Notes: generated by a model from the sequence alone, not told the origin. A DNA stretch of 60,935 bases, filler included, from Basidiobolus meristosporus CBS 931.73 (GCA_002104905.1; 3 parts of 3 records of this genome joined end to end with filler, not necessarily neighbours in it), one strand, 5' to 3'; numbered from the whole stretch's first letter, positions 25,548 through 38,577 are shown. Made by a program: numbers and translations.

Positions 25548-26485
25548 GAAACAGAAGTTATAGCAGAATACTTCATGACTCTACTCTATTAAGTCATAGT
25601 GGGGATAAGGACTAAGAGCAGAGCATTTAAGAGTACTTTGGCTTACAGCAAATGCCAAGAAACTGTCTAAAAACCTGTCAAAATTTGAGCCTGAAAGTGT
25701 AAAATACATATTTTTGGACTGCTGCAATCAGAGTAAGGCATATAAACTCTGCAATGCCAAAGCAATCAAGCTGATCTAGTGCAGGTAGGTGTTGTTTAAT
25801 GAAAATTCTGATTTCACAAAAGATGACATCAAGTCATGACAAAAATCCAATCTGAAGTCCACCAATAGACAGGATTGAATTAGAGGAACACAATGAGAAT
25901 TTTTTCACCACAGAGGACTCTAAAGCCATAGCTCACCCTGAATCAATGCCCACAACTACTTTAGAAGTGATTATTCTAGTATTACAATGCAGGAGATCCA
26001 ACCAGACCAGAAATAGCAAAAATTACTGTATCAATGAGAGTACAAACTTAGCCTACAGCTGCTCAGTCCAAAATGATGAAGCTCAGGCTATAAAGAGGCC
26101 TGATGGTAAATTGAACTTGGATCTTGGTCAAGTCACCAATCAACTAGAAATCAGCTGGATGCAGATAGGTCTTCATGACAAAGCACAAGGCTGATAGTGC
26201 AATTATAGATACAAAGCAAGACTAGTGGCCAAATGATACGCTTGAACAAAAGGTCTTGACTAAGCTGAGACCTTTGCACTGTTAACAAAGTATATTTCCA
26301 TCATATTAGTATTGGCTATTGCAGCCAAATATGAGCTTTTATTCATTGAATGAACTCAAGGTCATATTGTTGAATGGAAATCTTGATGAGGACATGTACA
26401 TAGACCAGCCTGATGAGTTTAATGACCAAGATCACTCTCATTTGGTCTGTAAGCTAAAAAAATCTCTATATGGTCTGAAACAATC

Positions 26486-29070
26486 TGTTATGAATAGACA
26501 CAAGGCAGGAGGAAAAGCTAGGCACGGCAGGAAAGGACTTAGGTGTGGACCATCAAGGCAAGGCAGGATTCAAGGCAAGGCTGTTTATTCAAGACCTGTG
26601 TTTATCAGACTGAGGAATACTTAAGGGGGGATAGGACTATATATACTTTTTGGTTATATTGATGCCGAGAGATATTAGCTAATACTAATGGGGTTGTGGG
26701 GTGAGGCACAGCAATGATGCTGGGGATAATGACATAGATGACACGGCACTGAGACAGGATGGGGAAATGGATTGGGTCACCTGATCATGTGACTAAGTCA
26801 TGTGACCTGGTACTTCCATATATGGTACTGGACTATGAAAAATACGATGGAAAGCTTCCATGGAATGTTCCATTGTGTAACAATGGCTTAGAATGGTCAG
26901 GAACTTTCTGGAAGGCGGTAGAAGGTTCCAGAAGGATTCTCTTAGAATTTGAGCTAGGAAGCTGAAACTTGGCATGGGTGTTCATGGTTGTCATGTGATC
27001 ATGACACTATTCTCCTCTTCCAGGCAAAGCTCTGTTTCCCTTTGGGGTAGGTTTTGCAGGATATTGTTGGTGGAACTGGGTAACTAGATCTTGACAATTA
27101 GTGAGATGGGTAGCTGGTTCCCATGTTTGGTCACTTGGATCATAACCAATCCAGTCTACTAGGTAGTACAGCTTTGACCAGATATACTTGGAGTCTAGAA
27201 TCTGTTTAACTTCAAATTCTTGATGTTGGTCAACCTGGATGGCTTGGGGCTTTGCTTCTTGCCGGTTTGGCAATGTGTTCCTACAATACGGCTCCAGGAG
27301 GGACACATGGAAAGTATCATGGATTTTCATACTTGCTGGTAACTGTAGCTGATATACTATAGGGCTAAGCTTCTTCTCGATCTTGAAGGGACCAAGTTTC
27401 TTGAAATCCAACTTGTCACAAGGGCGGTTGGTGCTGATGTTTCTTCTGAGCAACTATACAGAATCTCCTTCATTAAGATCAAGGCTGGGATGCCGTTTTA
27501 GATTGGCAAATTTCTTGTAGCTTTCCTGAGCTAAGGATAGCTCTTCCTTGAGGGTGTTCTGGATGTCCTGGATTGTTTGGGCATGTTCAGCTGCATGTGG
27601 GCTCATTGGGTTTGTTGGAATCTGGATATCAAACTGAGGGTGGAATCCATAGTTTGCATAGAATGGTGTAAAACCGGTTGCACTATGGCTTGAGTTGTTG
27701 TAGGCAAACTCAGCAATGGGGAGTAGATCAACCCAATTGTCTTGCTGGTAATTGATATAGCACCGGAGGTATTGCTCTAGAATCTGGTTGATTCTTTCAG
27801 TCTGGCCATCAGACTGTGGATGGAAGGCAGTAGAGAGCTTGACTTGAACACCAAGGTATTGCATGAAGTGTTTCCAAAACTTGGACACAAACTGTGGGCC
27901 TCTATCTGACACAATATCACTGGGGATACCATGAAGGCGGAAAATATTCTTCAGGACTAAAGCAGCAGTATCTTTTGCATTGGTGTTCTTACAGCAAGGG
28001 ATAAAGTGAGCCATCTTGGTCAGCCGGTCAGCCGCTACAAGTATAGCGTTGAAGCCACATGACTCAGGGAGGTCAGTAATGAAGTCCATAGATATAGATC
28101 TCCATTGGTGTTCTGGGATAGGCAGGGGTTGAAAAAGTCCATAGGGCTGGTGTCTGGCTGGTTTTGCACGGTTGCAAATATCACAAGTCAGAATGTACTC
28201 TTTGATAAGAGTTATCATTCTAGGCCACCAGAAATCTCTTTTGATAGCATTCAAGGTTTTGGCAGTACCAAAGTGGCCTGCAGCCATTGAATCATGCCAA
28301 GACTTAATGATGTCTAGCTGGGTGGCAAGGTCTGGGACATAAAGCTGCTGCTTGTGGTAGATGAGGTTGTTTACCAAATGCAGGTTCTGGATGTTTGGGA
28401 ACTTGGGAGGGGGCCCAACTGGGGATTCCAGATATTTCTTGATGGTGCTGGAAGTCATATCAGAGGCTTGGGATTCTGATATCCTTACTAGGAATGAAGG
28501 GATGACAAGACTTGAGGACTGGGTGGCAAGAATCTCAAAATGTTTCTTGCTCAGCAATGGGTGTTCCATTTGCCAACAGGCATCATCTCCCTCTTCCAGG
28601 GCATATTCCTTTTTTCTGGACAGGGCATCAGGCTTTCCTTGCTTTGCACCAGGTCTATAGGTGATAGTAAAGTCAAAGCTGGACAGGAAGAGTGACCATC
28701 TGGCTTGTCTCCGGTTTAGTACTTTGGAAGTTGCAAAGTACTCAAGGTTCTTATGGTCACAGAAGACTTTGATTTTGTGTTTTGCACCATCCAGGTAGTG
28801 TCTCCATTGCTCAAAGGCTACAATGATGGCAAGCAACTCCTTATCATAGATATCATAGTTGATCTCTGCAGGGGAAAACTTCCGAGAGTAGAATGCAATG
28901 GGGTGCAACATATTGTCCTCATCATACTGGGAGAGTATGGCACCAAGGGCAAAATCCGAAGCGTCAGTCTCCACTATGAATTGCTTCTCAAGGTCAGGGT
29001 GGGCAAGCAGGGGGGCCTTCAGGAAAGATTTCTTGAGTTGGTTGAATGAGCTGGATTGCCCCTCATTCCN
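26486..29070 (-). mobile_element. Nearly intact Ty3/gypsy chromovirus (3' LTR and pol), cut by an assembly gap
   Basis: 3' LTR 26486-27006 (TGTCATGA...TCATAACA on minus). PPT GGAAGAGGAGAATAG at 27007-27021. Left flank CAATC lies within a copia RT. Confidence 0.95.
27007..29070 (-). pseudogene. Gypsy pol (RNase H-integrase-chromodomain) with one in-frame stop at 27454-27456
   Basis: ETDASDFALGA, YDIYDKELLAI, HDSMAAGHFG, C..C Zn finger, ISMDFITDLP, SDRGPQF, HPQSDGQTER, LGPFKI...FHVSLLEPY and chromodomain FEVKQILD...YLVDWIGY..SDQTWEP. ORFs 27454-28974 and 27007-27453 are in one frame. Confidence 0.95.
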
Positions 29071-29169
29071 NNNNNNNNNNNNNNNNNNNNNNNNNNNNNN
29101 NNNNNNNNNNNNNTTAATTAATTAANNNNNNNNNNNNNNNNNNNNNNNNNNNNNNNNNNNNNNNNNNNN
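29071..29169. other. Assembly gap with TTAATTAATTAA filler
   Basis: Run of N with the 12-mer at 29114-29125. Confidence 0.95.
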
Positions 29170-29690
29170 ATCTTTGCCTGTACAAGAACAAGCTTGGGAA
29201 AGAATCAAATATAATAAAAGATACCTACTCTGAGTATTCCTCACAAGTAGTGCCTCCAAGGTCAGTTGGCTGTCAGCGCGGTTTCCTGGGAGTGTCCTGT
29301 GGTTTGGGGTTGGAAGTTCAGGTAGCAGCAGGTAGTAGTGATCACACTAATCAACAAGTCAGTATATTGATAAAAGGGATAATGATTTATTGTTGAGGGA
29401 TAGCCTCACTTGTATACTTTTCTCACAGGCTAAGTGATTACTAAGCATGGTATTCCAGAAGGTTCCAGATATCAATAGAAATCTTAATGACATCAGAATA
29501 ACCTAAGAATGTTCTAAGTAGATGCCAGAAGGTTCTAAGAGGCACAGCACATCCAACCAATCAGGAATCAGTATTCTGAAACCTGTGTAACATAGGGATA
29601 CCATATATGGTATGGAAATGGTAAGGATGGTGACACATATTGATCATGTGTCATGGGTACTGGTGCGGGTACTTGCCTAATGTAGAAGCA
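29170..29690. repeat. Probable LTR remnant of a related gypsy family
   Basis: Shares AGAAGGTTCCAGA, CATATATGGTA and GATCATGTG motifs with LTR 26486-27006 but is not a direct copy. Confidence 0.4.
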
Positions 29691-29958
29691 CTTATAGCTA
29701 GTAATCTTACATAAAGTGAGGGGTAACTTATGCAATAAGGTAAGCAAGTGTGATTGTCAACTGGCTTATGGGATAGTACTGATTGGGTAAGGCAAATGGG
29801 ATAAAACTAAAATAAGTGTAGTAGAGATATAGGGAAGTAGAAAATAAGGGAATGAGCACATCTGTCAGTGGGTTTCACTGTCACCCCACTACACCATGGG
29901 AGCAAATTATTTTTCAGAGGGTTTGGAACTCAAGAAGGCAACCCACAGTATCACATTC

Positions 29959-32900
29959 TATTGTAAAATTTGTAATTCCACCTATATATACAGCTAACCT
30001 AGGCACTTAGCTCATTACCTTCAAATCCTAGAGAATACTGACCAAATTCCTTGTAGGGACTTACTTGAAATATCTTCACCACAATACCAGGTACTCAGAA
30101 CATGAGAATTCTCAAAGCTATTCAAACAGCCCCAAACTTTGCACACATGATCTTGGGCCCTTCCTTAACCTATTCTACATGCTTGTTAGGTCAAGACCAT
30201 GTAAAAGTATAAATACTACTTTTACATTCAATAAATCATTAAGTGAAAACCACATAGTCTACTAGTCCTCCCTAGCACTTCCAATATCCCCAAGACTCTT
30301 ACAACAGGCTATGAGCCCTGAGCTGTCACTCTCTGCAATGTCTACCACTGCTATTACTGGAAATTTTCCCTCTGCTGAAGAGTTGCATGGATCTAACTAC
30401 CAAGTGTGGAAGGTGAAGATGAAGATGATGCTACAAGAAAGAGGCCTTTGGGATATTGTCATGGAAATAGGATGCCCTCCTAAAAATGTGGGAGAGAAAG
30501 CCTTAAAGTACCAGAAGAGAAACAAAGAGCCTTTTACTGCATTTGCCTCAATTTTAAAGACAAATTGCTAGTTCAATGCTCAAGAGCAAAAACAGCAAAG
30601 AATGCCTGGGAGGCATTAGAAGACACCTTCCAGTCATGTTCAGCTGCTAAGAAAATGAATTTGCAACAAAAATTCTTTACTACAAAGATGCAGCTAGGAG
30701 AAGCAATGAAAAATCTAATAAACAGAATAACCCAACGGGCAGATGAGATGGAATATGTGGGCATAGCAACTACTGATGAGGATGTGACTGTTACCATCCT
30801 GAATAGCCTGACAGACAGGTTTCAGGGCCTTGTATCAGCCCTAGAGTCCAGAACTGAAGATTTGACCTTAAATTACCTATATGGAAGGCTCCTGGATGAA
30901 GAATTAAGAAAATCAAGCGCCAATAGGAAGGAAGAAGAAAATGCTTTAATAAGCAATGATAACTAACAAAGGAGGTACCCAAGACCTATCAATGGCAATA
31001 GCAACTTGTTTTGTAACTACTGCAAAAGGAAAGGACACACATTGGACTGGTGCTTCAAAAAGAGAAATAGTCAGTCAATAATACCTGAGTATGGAAATGC
31101 CGCAACAGCTCAAGATACACTATTCCTATCTGCACTAAATGTGACCACAAACAAGGGTTCTTAGATGTGGTATATTGACTCTGGAGCATCTTAACACTTT
31201 ACGCACCACAAAGAACTTTTTACCCAATATCAAAAAATTCCAATTAAAAAGGTTTTCATGGGTGATAATAAAACACTTGATGCAGTGGGAGAAGGAACTA
31301 TCCAGGTCAACCTAAGAAGTAGTGAAGGAAGCCATATACTGACCTTTAAAGAAGCACTTTATATACCAAAAATAGCAAAGAACCCACTATCTGTAAGCAA
31401 GGCCATAGTAGAAGAACTCAGTTTCAGCTTTGACAATTCTGGATGCAAGATCACTGATTGAATTGGTGCCCATATTGCTTTGGATATCAGAGATCAAGAT
31501 GTATGCAAGTTGACTTATATTCCATCATATTTGGAAGCCAATACAAGTAATTCAAATGAAGAAACACCAATGCTTTGGCACAGGAGATTTGGGCACATCA
31601 AGTTTCATTATCTGATCAGAATGATCAAAGACAAGCTAATTTCTGGAGTAAAAATTGATCCCCCAGCTAACCTGGAGCACTGTGAAGCCTCCATGTATGG
31701 GAAATAAGTTAGACAACTGTTTATGAGCTCAGGGCTGATCAAAACTAAGAAAAAATTAGATCTAATTCACTCAGATCTGTGTGGACCTATGCAAAATATA
31801 TCCTTAGGTGGGATCAAATATTTAATGACTTTTATTGATGATAATACAAGATACACATGGGTCTAATTCATGGAGAGAAAGGAAGAAGCTCTGTCTAAGC
31901 TCAGAAGTGATCATTCCAGTATCAAATGCCCGGAGATTGGATTGGACAAGAAATAGCCCCAGTTACTATATCAATGAGGGTACAAACTTAGCCTATGCCT
32001 GTTCAGTCCATATTGATGGACCCCAGACTGAAAAGAGGCCTATATAGCCCTTGGACAAAGTTTTGGAGATCTGCAATGACTGAGGAATATCAGGCCCTGA
32101 TGGAAAAGCAAACTTGGGACTTGGTCAAATTACCAATCAACCAAAAATCAATTGGATGCAGATGGGTCTTCAAGACAAAACACAAGGCTGATGGTACAAT
32201 TGAAAGATACAAGGCAAGACGTATGGCCAAAGGATACTCCCAAACACAAGGGATTGACTATACTGATACCTTTACACTGGTAGCCAAGTTTAATTCCATC
32301 AGAATGATATTGGCTATTGCAGCCAGATATCAGTTTTTTATACATCAAATGGAAGTAAAAACTGTAATTTTGAGTGGAAAACTTGAAGAGGACATGTATA
32401 TTGACCAGCTTGATGGGTTTCTTGACCAAGATAACCCCCATTTGCTATGTAAGCTTCAAAAATCGCATTATGGTCTCAAACAATCATCCAGAGTCTGAAA
32501 TTAAGACCTTTACATTGATAGCCAACTTTAATTCCATCAGATTGATATTAGACTTGTTCCGTTGGATAGTGCCACATTGAGCCATGAGTGCCAATTAGTG
32601 CCATAGTGTGCCTGAGCGTCATAGCAGACCTAAACTTGGCCACAGAGTGTGGCATAGAGTTCTTCATATTCATGCAAAGCAGCCCCTGTGTCTCACCCAT
32701 GGTGCAGGAGAAAATCAATTTTTTAGCCTTTTTTTTGGGATCAACATTTTTCATGACATAAAAGAGCACAGACAGACTGAAGATATGCATCTGGTACACA
32801 ATACCCATGGCACTCTAAATCTAGCCCCACAGGCTTGTTGCATGTCACAAAAATGCATGGCACTATCTTGGTCCACTGGTACTGTTTGGCACTATATTTA

Positions 32901-33735
32901 AATATTAGCCCTAAAGTAGAACCTATACAAGGCACTTATAGTGCCAGATAGTACCAGTGGACCAAGATAGTGCCATGCATTTTTGTGACATGCTACGAGC
33001 CTGTGGGGCTAGATTTAGAGTGCCATGGGTATTGTGTACCAGATGCATATCTTCAGTCTGTCTGTGCTCTTTTATGTCATGAAAAATGTTGATCCCAAAA
33101 AAAAGGTTAAAAAATTGATTTTCTCCCGCACAGTACATGAAACACAGGGGCTGCTTTGCATGAATATGCAGAACTATATGTCACACTCTGTGGCCAAGTT
33201 TAGGTCTGCTATGGCTCTCAGGCACACTATGGCACTACTTGGCACTCATGGCTCAATGTGGCACTATCCAACGGAACAAGTCTATTGGCTATTGCAGCCC
33301 AATGTAAGTTTTTTATTCATCAAATGGATGTAAAAACTGCATTTTTGAATGGAGAGCTTGATGAGGACGTGTGTATGGACCAGCCTGAGGGTTTGTTTAT
33401 CAAGATAACCTCCATTTGGTCTGCAATCTTCAAAGTCCCCAATGGAAACAAACCTTAACTTGATCAAGACTCAACCAAATCAAGAGAGCTTGGTGCCACT
33501 TGAAAGCCCTGACTTTCCTTATCAATCTATGGCTAGCAGTCTGATGTATATCATGCTTGAAACATGTCCAGATATCTCATATTCAGTGGGAGTTGTCAGC
33601 CAACATAATCAGCACTAAGGATCTGATCATTTTACAGCAGTTAAGCAGATTTTTAGATACCCAAAAGTAACTGCTGATATCTGCTTAAGATACACTTATA
33701 AGGATTCAGAACAGGATCTTGTGGGATACTCTGTT
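29959..33735 (+). mobile_element. Degenerate Ty1/copia element (family C), integrase core deleted, RT start duplicated
   Basis: LTR 29959-30306 (TATAAATA at 30208-30215). PBS 30307-30318. Gag 30311-~31100 with CNYCKRKGH. WYIDSGAS. WHRRFGH. Jump from integrase start to the pre-RT region at ~31900. RT 31995-32498 then restarts at ~32503 and carries the MITE. Confidence 0.92.
32550..33283. mobile_element. Foldback MITE, 734 bp, ATT target duplication
   Basis: Arms 32550-32896 and 32937-33283 (347 bp each) are reverse complements with scattered substitutions around a 40-bp spacer. ATT at 32547-32549 and 33284-33286. Excision restores the copia RT GATATTGGCTATTGCAGCC. Confidence 0.95.
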
Positions 33736-36700
33736 TGGACCATCTATCTAATTCTTGTGTTTTGGGTACCTGGTAATTTGATGAAAATATCCTAAGTAAG
33801 CCCAGACAAGGAATTTGGTCTGTATTCTCTAGAATATGAAGGTAACAATCTAAGTGACTAAGTTAAGTGAATATTTAGGTGGAATTACAAATTTTACAAC
33901 ACTCCCACTCAGCTAAATGCTCATACTGACTAGCCCTAACTTTGACCTAAGATATTCAAACTGGTCTCTAGATCATGGTTGGGTAAAAATGTCTGCAATT
34001 ATTTCATCTGAAGGAAAGTAAACTAAGCTAACTAAGTTATTCTCTATAGCTTCACATAAAAAATGTTGTCTCACTTATATGTGCTTAGTTCTGGCATGTT
34101 GGATTTCTACCTAATTGTATACAATGTGGATTATCTTGAAGTAAAGTAATAGGCATTTTTTGATATAGGCATTTTTTGATATAGGCCTTAATCTGTAAAA
34201 AGCTTTCTTAAGTACATTGCTTCTTTTGTAGCTTCACAGGCTGCCATATACTCTACCTCTGTGGTAGAAAGTGCTACAGTTGGTTGCTTTCTTGAATTCC
34301 ATGAAACTTCTCCTTTACAGTAAAGAAAGGTGTATCCTGTGATGGATCTGCTGTATTCCAAATTTCATCCCCAATCAGCTTCAGAGTATCCAACAAGATA
34401 CTGTTCTGAATCCTTATAAGTGTATCTTAAGTAGATATCAGCAGTTCCTTTTAGGTATCTAAAATCTCCTTAACTGCTGCAATATGACCAGATCCATAGT
34501 GCTGATTGTGCTGGCTGACAACTCCCACTGAATATGAGATATCTGGATGTGTTCCAAGCATGATATACATCAGACTGCAAACCATAGATTGATACAGAAA
34601 GTCAGGGCTTTCAGATGGCATCAAGCTCTCTTGATTTGGTTGAGCTTTGACTAAGTTAAGGTTTGCTTACATTGGGGTAGCTGCCAGTTTACAGTCTTCC
34701 ATTTGGCACTTCTTAAGTATATCTTGAATATACTTGGACTGGCTTAGGGTGATAGTCTGGGTACTTCTGTCTATGGAGAACTTAATCCCTAAGTAGTAGC
34801 TGAGTTCTCCTAGATCAGACATCTTGAACTCCTTAGATAGGCTGGATTTAGTCTCTTCCAATGCGTCTATGTTATTGGCGGCTATAATAAGATCATCCAC
34901 ATATAGAGCTAATAGAACTGGATTTGCTCTATCTGGCTCATAGTATATACTATAGTCAGCATTACTTCTTTTGAAACTCAAAGATTCCAAATAAGAATCT
35001 ATCTTGCAATTCCAGGCTCTAGGCAATTGTTTGAGATCATATAGAGACTTTTTAAGCTTGCAGGCCAAATTGGGGTTATCTTGGTCAACAAACTCATCAG
35101 GCTGGTCCATTTATACATCCTCATCAAGTTCTCCATTCAAAAATGCAGCTTTTACATCCATATGATGTATAAAAAACTTATATTTGGATGCAATAGCCAA
35201 TATTAATCTGATGGAATCATACTTGGCTATTGGTGCAAAGGTCTCAGTATAGTCAAGTCCATTTGTTTGAGAGTATCCTTTGGCCACAAGTATTGCTTTG
35301 TATCTTTCAATTGTACCATCAGCCTTGTATTTTGTCTTGAAGACCCATCTGCATCCAATTGATTTTTGGTTGATGGGTAATTTGACTAAGTCCCAAGTGT
35401 GATTTTCCTTCAGGGCCTAATATTCCTCAGTGATTGCAGATCTCCAAAACCTTGTCTGATGGCTATTTAGGCCTCTTTTGTGGTCTGAGGTTCACCAATA
35501 TGGACTGAATAGGCATATGCTAAGTTTGTACCCTCATTGATATAGCAATTTGGGCTATTTCTTGTCCAACTGGATCTCCAGGCATTTGATACTGGAATGA
35601 TCACTTCTGGGATATTCCTGGGCACTGATTCAGGCTGAACCATGGTTGTAGAGCTCTCTGGAGTGAAAAAATTCTCATTGTTCTGCTCTGATTCAATCCA
35701 GACAATTGGTGGACTTGAGATCAAATTTTTGTCATCATCTGATATCATTTTTTGTGAAAATTTTGAATATTTATCAAACAAAACATACTTGGACTTGATT
35801 AGCCTTTTTGCTTTGGTATTGTAGAGTCTGTATGCTTTACTCTCATTGCAGAAGCCCAAAAACATGCATATTTGACTTTGTAGCTCAAATTTTGACTGAT
35901 TTCTGGGCAGTTTCTTGGCATATGCTGTTCACTCAAATATTCTTAGTTGTTCCACGCTTGGTCTGTATCCATACCATGCTTCAAATAGAGTAGAATCACA
36001 AAGTATTCTGTTATAACTCCTATTTTTATGGTATACAGCGGTGGCAACTGATTCTGCCCGAAAATCATAGGAGAATATTTGATCATGGATCATGGATCTT
36101 GCCATATCAATTATTGATTGGTTAGCATATTCTGTTACTCCATTTTGCTGTGGGGAGGATGGTACAGTAGTCTCTTGCTTTATCATATGAATTATGCAGA
36201 AGTGGATGAAGAGTTTTGAGGTATATTCTCCACTATTGTCAGAGAGTATTTTCTGGATTTTCTCACCAGTTTTGCTCTCCACCATGGCTTTGAGCTCCCT
36301 GAACTTAGACAGAGCTTCTTCCTTTCTCTCTATAAAGTAAACCCACATGTATCTTGTATGAACATCAACAAAGTGATTAAAAACTTCATCCAGCCTAAGG
36401 ATAAATTTTGCATAGGTCCACACAGCTCTGTGTGAATTAGTTCTAATTTTTTAATAGTTTTGCTTAACACAGAGCTCTTGAACAGTTGTTGGGCTGTTTC
36501 CCATATATGCAGGCTTTGTAGTGCTCCAAATTAGCTGGGGGATCAATTTTTACTCAGGAAATTAGCTGATCTGTGATCATTTTGTGCAAATAATCAAAAT
36601 TGATGTGCCCAAATCTCCTGTACTAAAGCATTGGTATTTCTTCATTTAAATTACTTATGTTGGCTTCCAAATATGATGGAATATAAGTCAACTTGTATAG

Positions 36701-38577
36701 ATTCTGATCTCTGATACCAAATGCAATATGGGCACCATTTTGATCAGTGATCTTGCATCCAGAATTGTCAAAGCTGAAACTGAGTTCTTCTGCTGTGGCC
36801 TTGCTTACAGATAGTAGGTTCTTGGCTGTTTCTGGTACATAGAGTACTTCTTTAAAGGTTGGTGTATGGCTTCCTTCACTGCTTCTGAGATTTACTTGGA
36901 TAGTTCCTTCTCCCACTGCATCAAGTGTTCTATTGTCAGACATGAAAACCTTCTTAACTGGAATTTCTTGATATTGGGTAAAAAGTTATTTTTGGTGTGT
37001 AAAGTGTTGAAATGCTCCATAGTCAATATACCACATCTGAAAATCCTTGTTTGTGTTCATATTTAGTGCAGATATGAATAGTCTATCTTCAATTGTTGCA
37101 GCATTTCCATATTCAGACTTTTTCTGTAGAATATCTTTGGTTTTGAAGCACCAGTCTGATGTCTGTCCTTTCCTTTTGCAGTAGTTGCAAAACAGGATGC
37201 TGTTGCCTTTGTAGGGTCTTAGGTACCTCCTTTGTTAGTTATCATTGCTTATTAAAGCATTTTCTTCTTCCTTCTTATTGGCACTTTATTTTCTTAATTC
37301 TTCATCCAGGAGCCTTCCATATGCACAATTCAAGGTCAAATCCTTGGTTCTGGACTCTAGGGCTGATACAAGGCCCTGAAACCTGTCTGTCAGGCTATTC
37401 AGGATGGTAACTATCACATCCTCATCAGTAGTTGGTATGCCCACAGATTCCATCTCATCTACCAACCAGGTAATTCTTCTCCTTGCAGTATCTTTGTAGT
37501 AAAGAATTTTTATCTCAGATACAACTTCTTAGCAGCTGAACATGACTGGTAGGGGTCTTCTAATGCCTTCCAGGCATTCTTCTCTGTTTTTGCTCTTGAG
37601 CATTGAATTAGCAATTTGTCCTTAACATTAAGGCAAACACAGTTAAAGACACTTTGTTTTTCTTCTGGTACTTGAAGATGTCCTCTCCCATGTTTTTAGG
37701 AGGGCATTCTACTCCCATGACAGTATCCCAAAGGCCTCCTTCTTGTAGCAGCTTCTTCATCTTCACCTTCTACACTTGGTAGTTAGATTCATCCAACGCT
37801 TCAGCAGAGGGAAAATTCCAGTAATAGCAATAGTATACATTGCAGAGAGCAACAGCTTAGGGCTCACAACCTGTTGTAATAGTCTTGGAGATATTGGAAG
37901 TGCTTGGGAGGACCAGTAAATTATGTGGTTTTTGTTGCAATATTCTGAGGAGTATTGGAAGTGATGTGGAGAACTAGAGGATTTACATGTTATTCACTTG
38001 TAGATTTATAGATCAAAAGTATAGTATTTATACTTTTGATAAAGTAGAGCAAGCAAACGTGTAGAGTTTGCTAAGGAAGATCCCAAGAATATTTCTGCAA
38101 AATCTGGGGTCTTTTGGACGGCTTTGAGAAAAATAATAATCAGGGTACCTGACAATTTGGTGAAAATATTCTAAGTAAATCCCAACAAGAAATTTGGTCA
38201 GGACAGAATGCTAATCAAAGAATAAGATCTATGTGACTAATTCACATGAATATTCTGGTTACAACCTAATAATTATAACACTCCCACTCAACAAAATATT
38301 CATGAGTAATAAATATATATTGAGAGTGTGCAATCTGTAATAAGCATATAAGATTTTAACTGTGTTGCATACTGGACTAATATATTATCCAACAGTGTAT
38401 GCATTTGTGTTCATCTTAATTGAACAAGTAACTTGGAATTCAATGTGCATATCTACTTGGTAGTATGCCTAAAAGATTTGAATGATCTGATCATAATACT
38501 AATCATCAACTTTGATCAATTGTATGGGCTTGAGTAATAGGCTGAGTCTAATTGACAGATTGTAATAATGATATATA

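Larger units (their letters stand above)
19564..26485 (+). mobile_element. Degenerate Ty1/copia element (family C), interrupted by three later insertions
   Basis: 5' LTR 19564-~23330 split by the DNA transposon. Gag (NYHRWMVKMNMLLQE). Protease IDSGASQH (~24195). Integrase AVYLE/NRS split by a solo LTR. RT (DMYIDQPDEF...KLKKSLYGLKQS) cut by a gypsy LTR at 26486. Confidence 0.9.

Noticed and set aside
26501-26600. Arg/Gly-rich peptide KAGGKARHGRKG at the end of ORF 26319-26624
   Set aside because: Read-through from the copia RT into purine-rich gypsy LTR sequence at the 26486 junction.
29114-29125. TTAATTAATTAA palindrome, repeated at 47758-47769
   Set aside because: It sits in the middle of N runs both times; a scaffolding filler, not biology.
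32548-33333. Paired ORFs on both strands (86-102 aa) inside the MITE
   Set aside because: They mirror each other because the DNA is a palindrome; no protein motifs.
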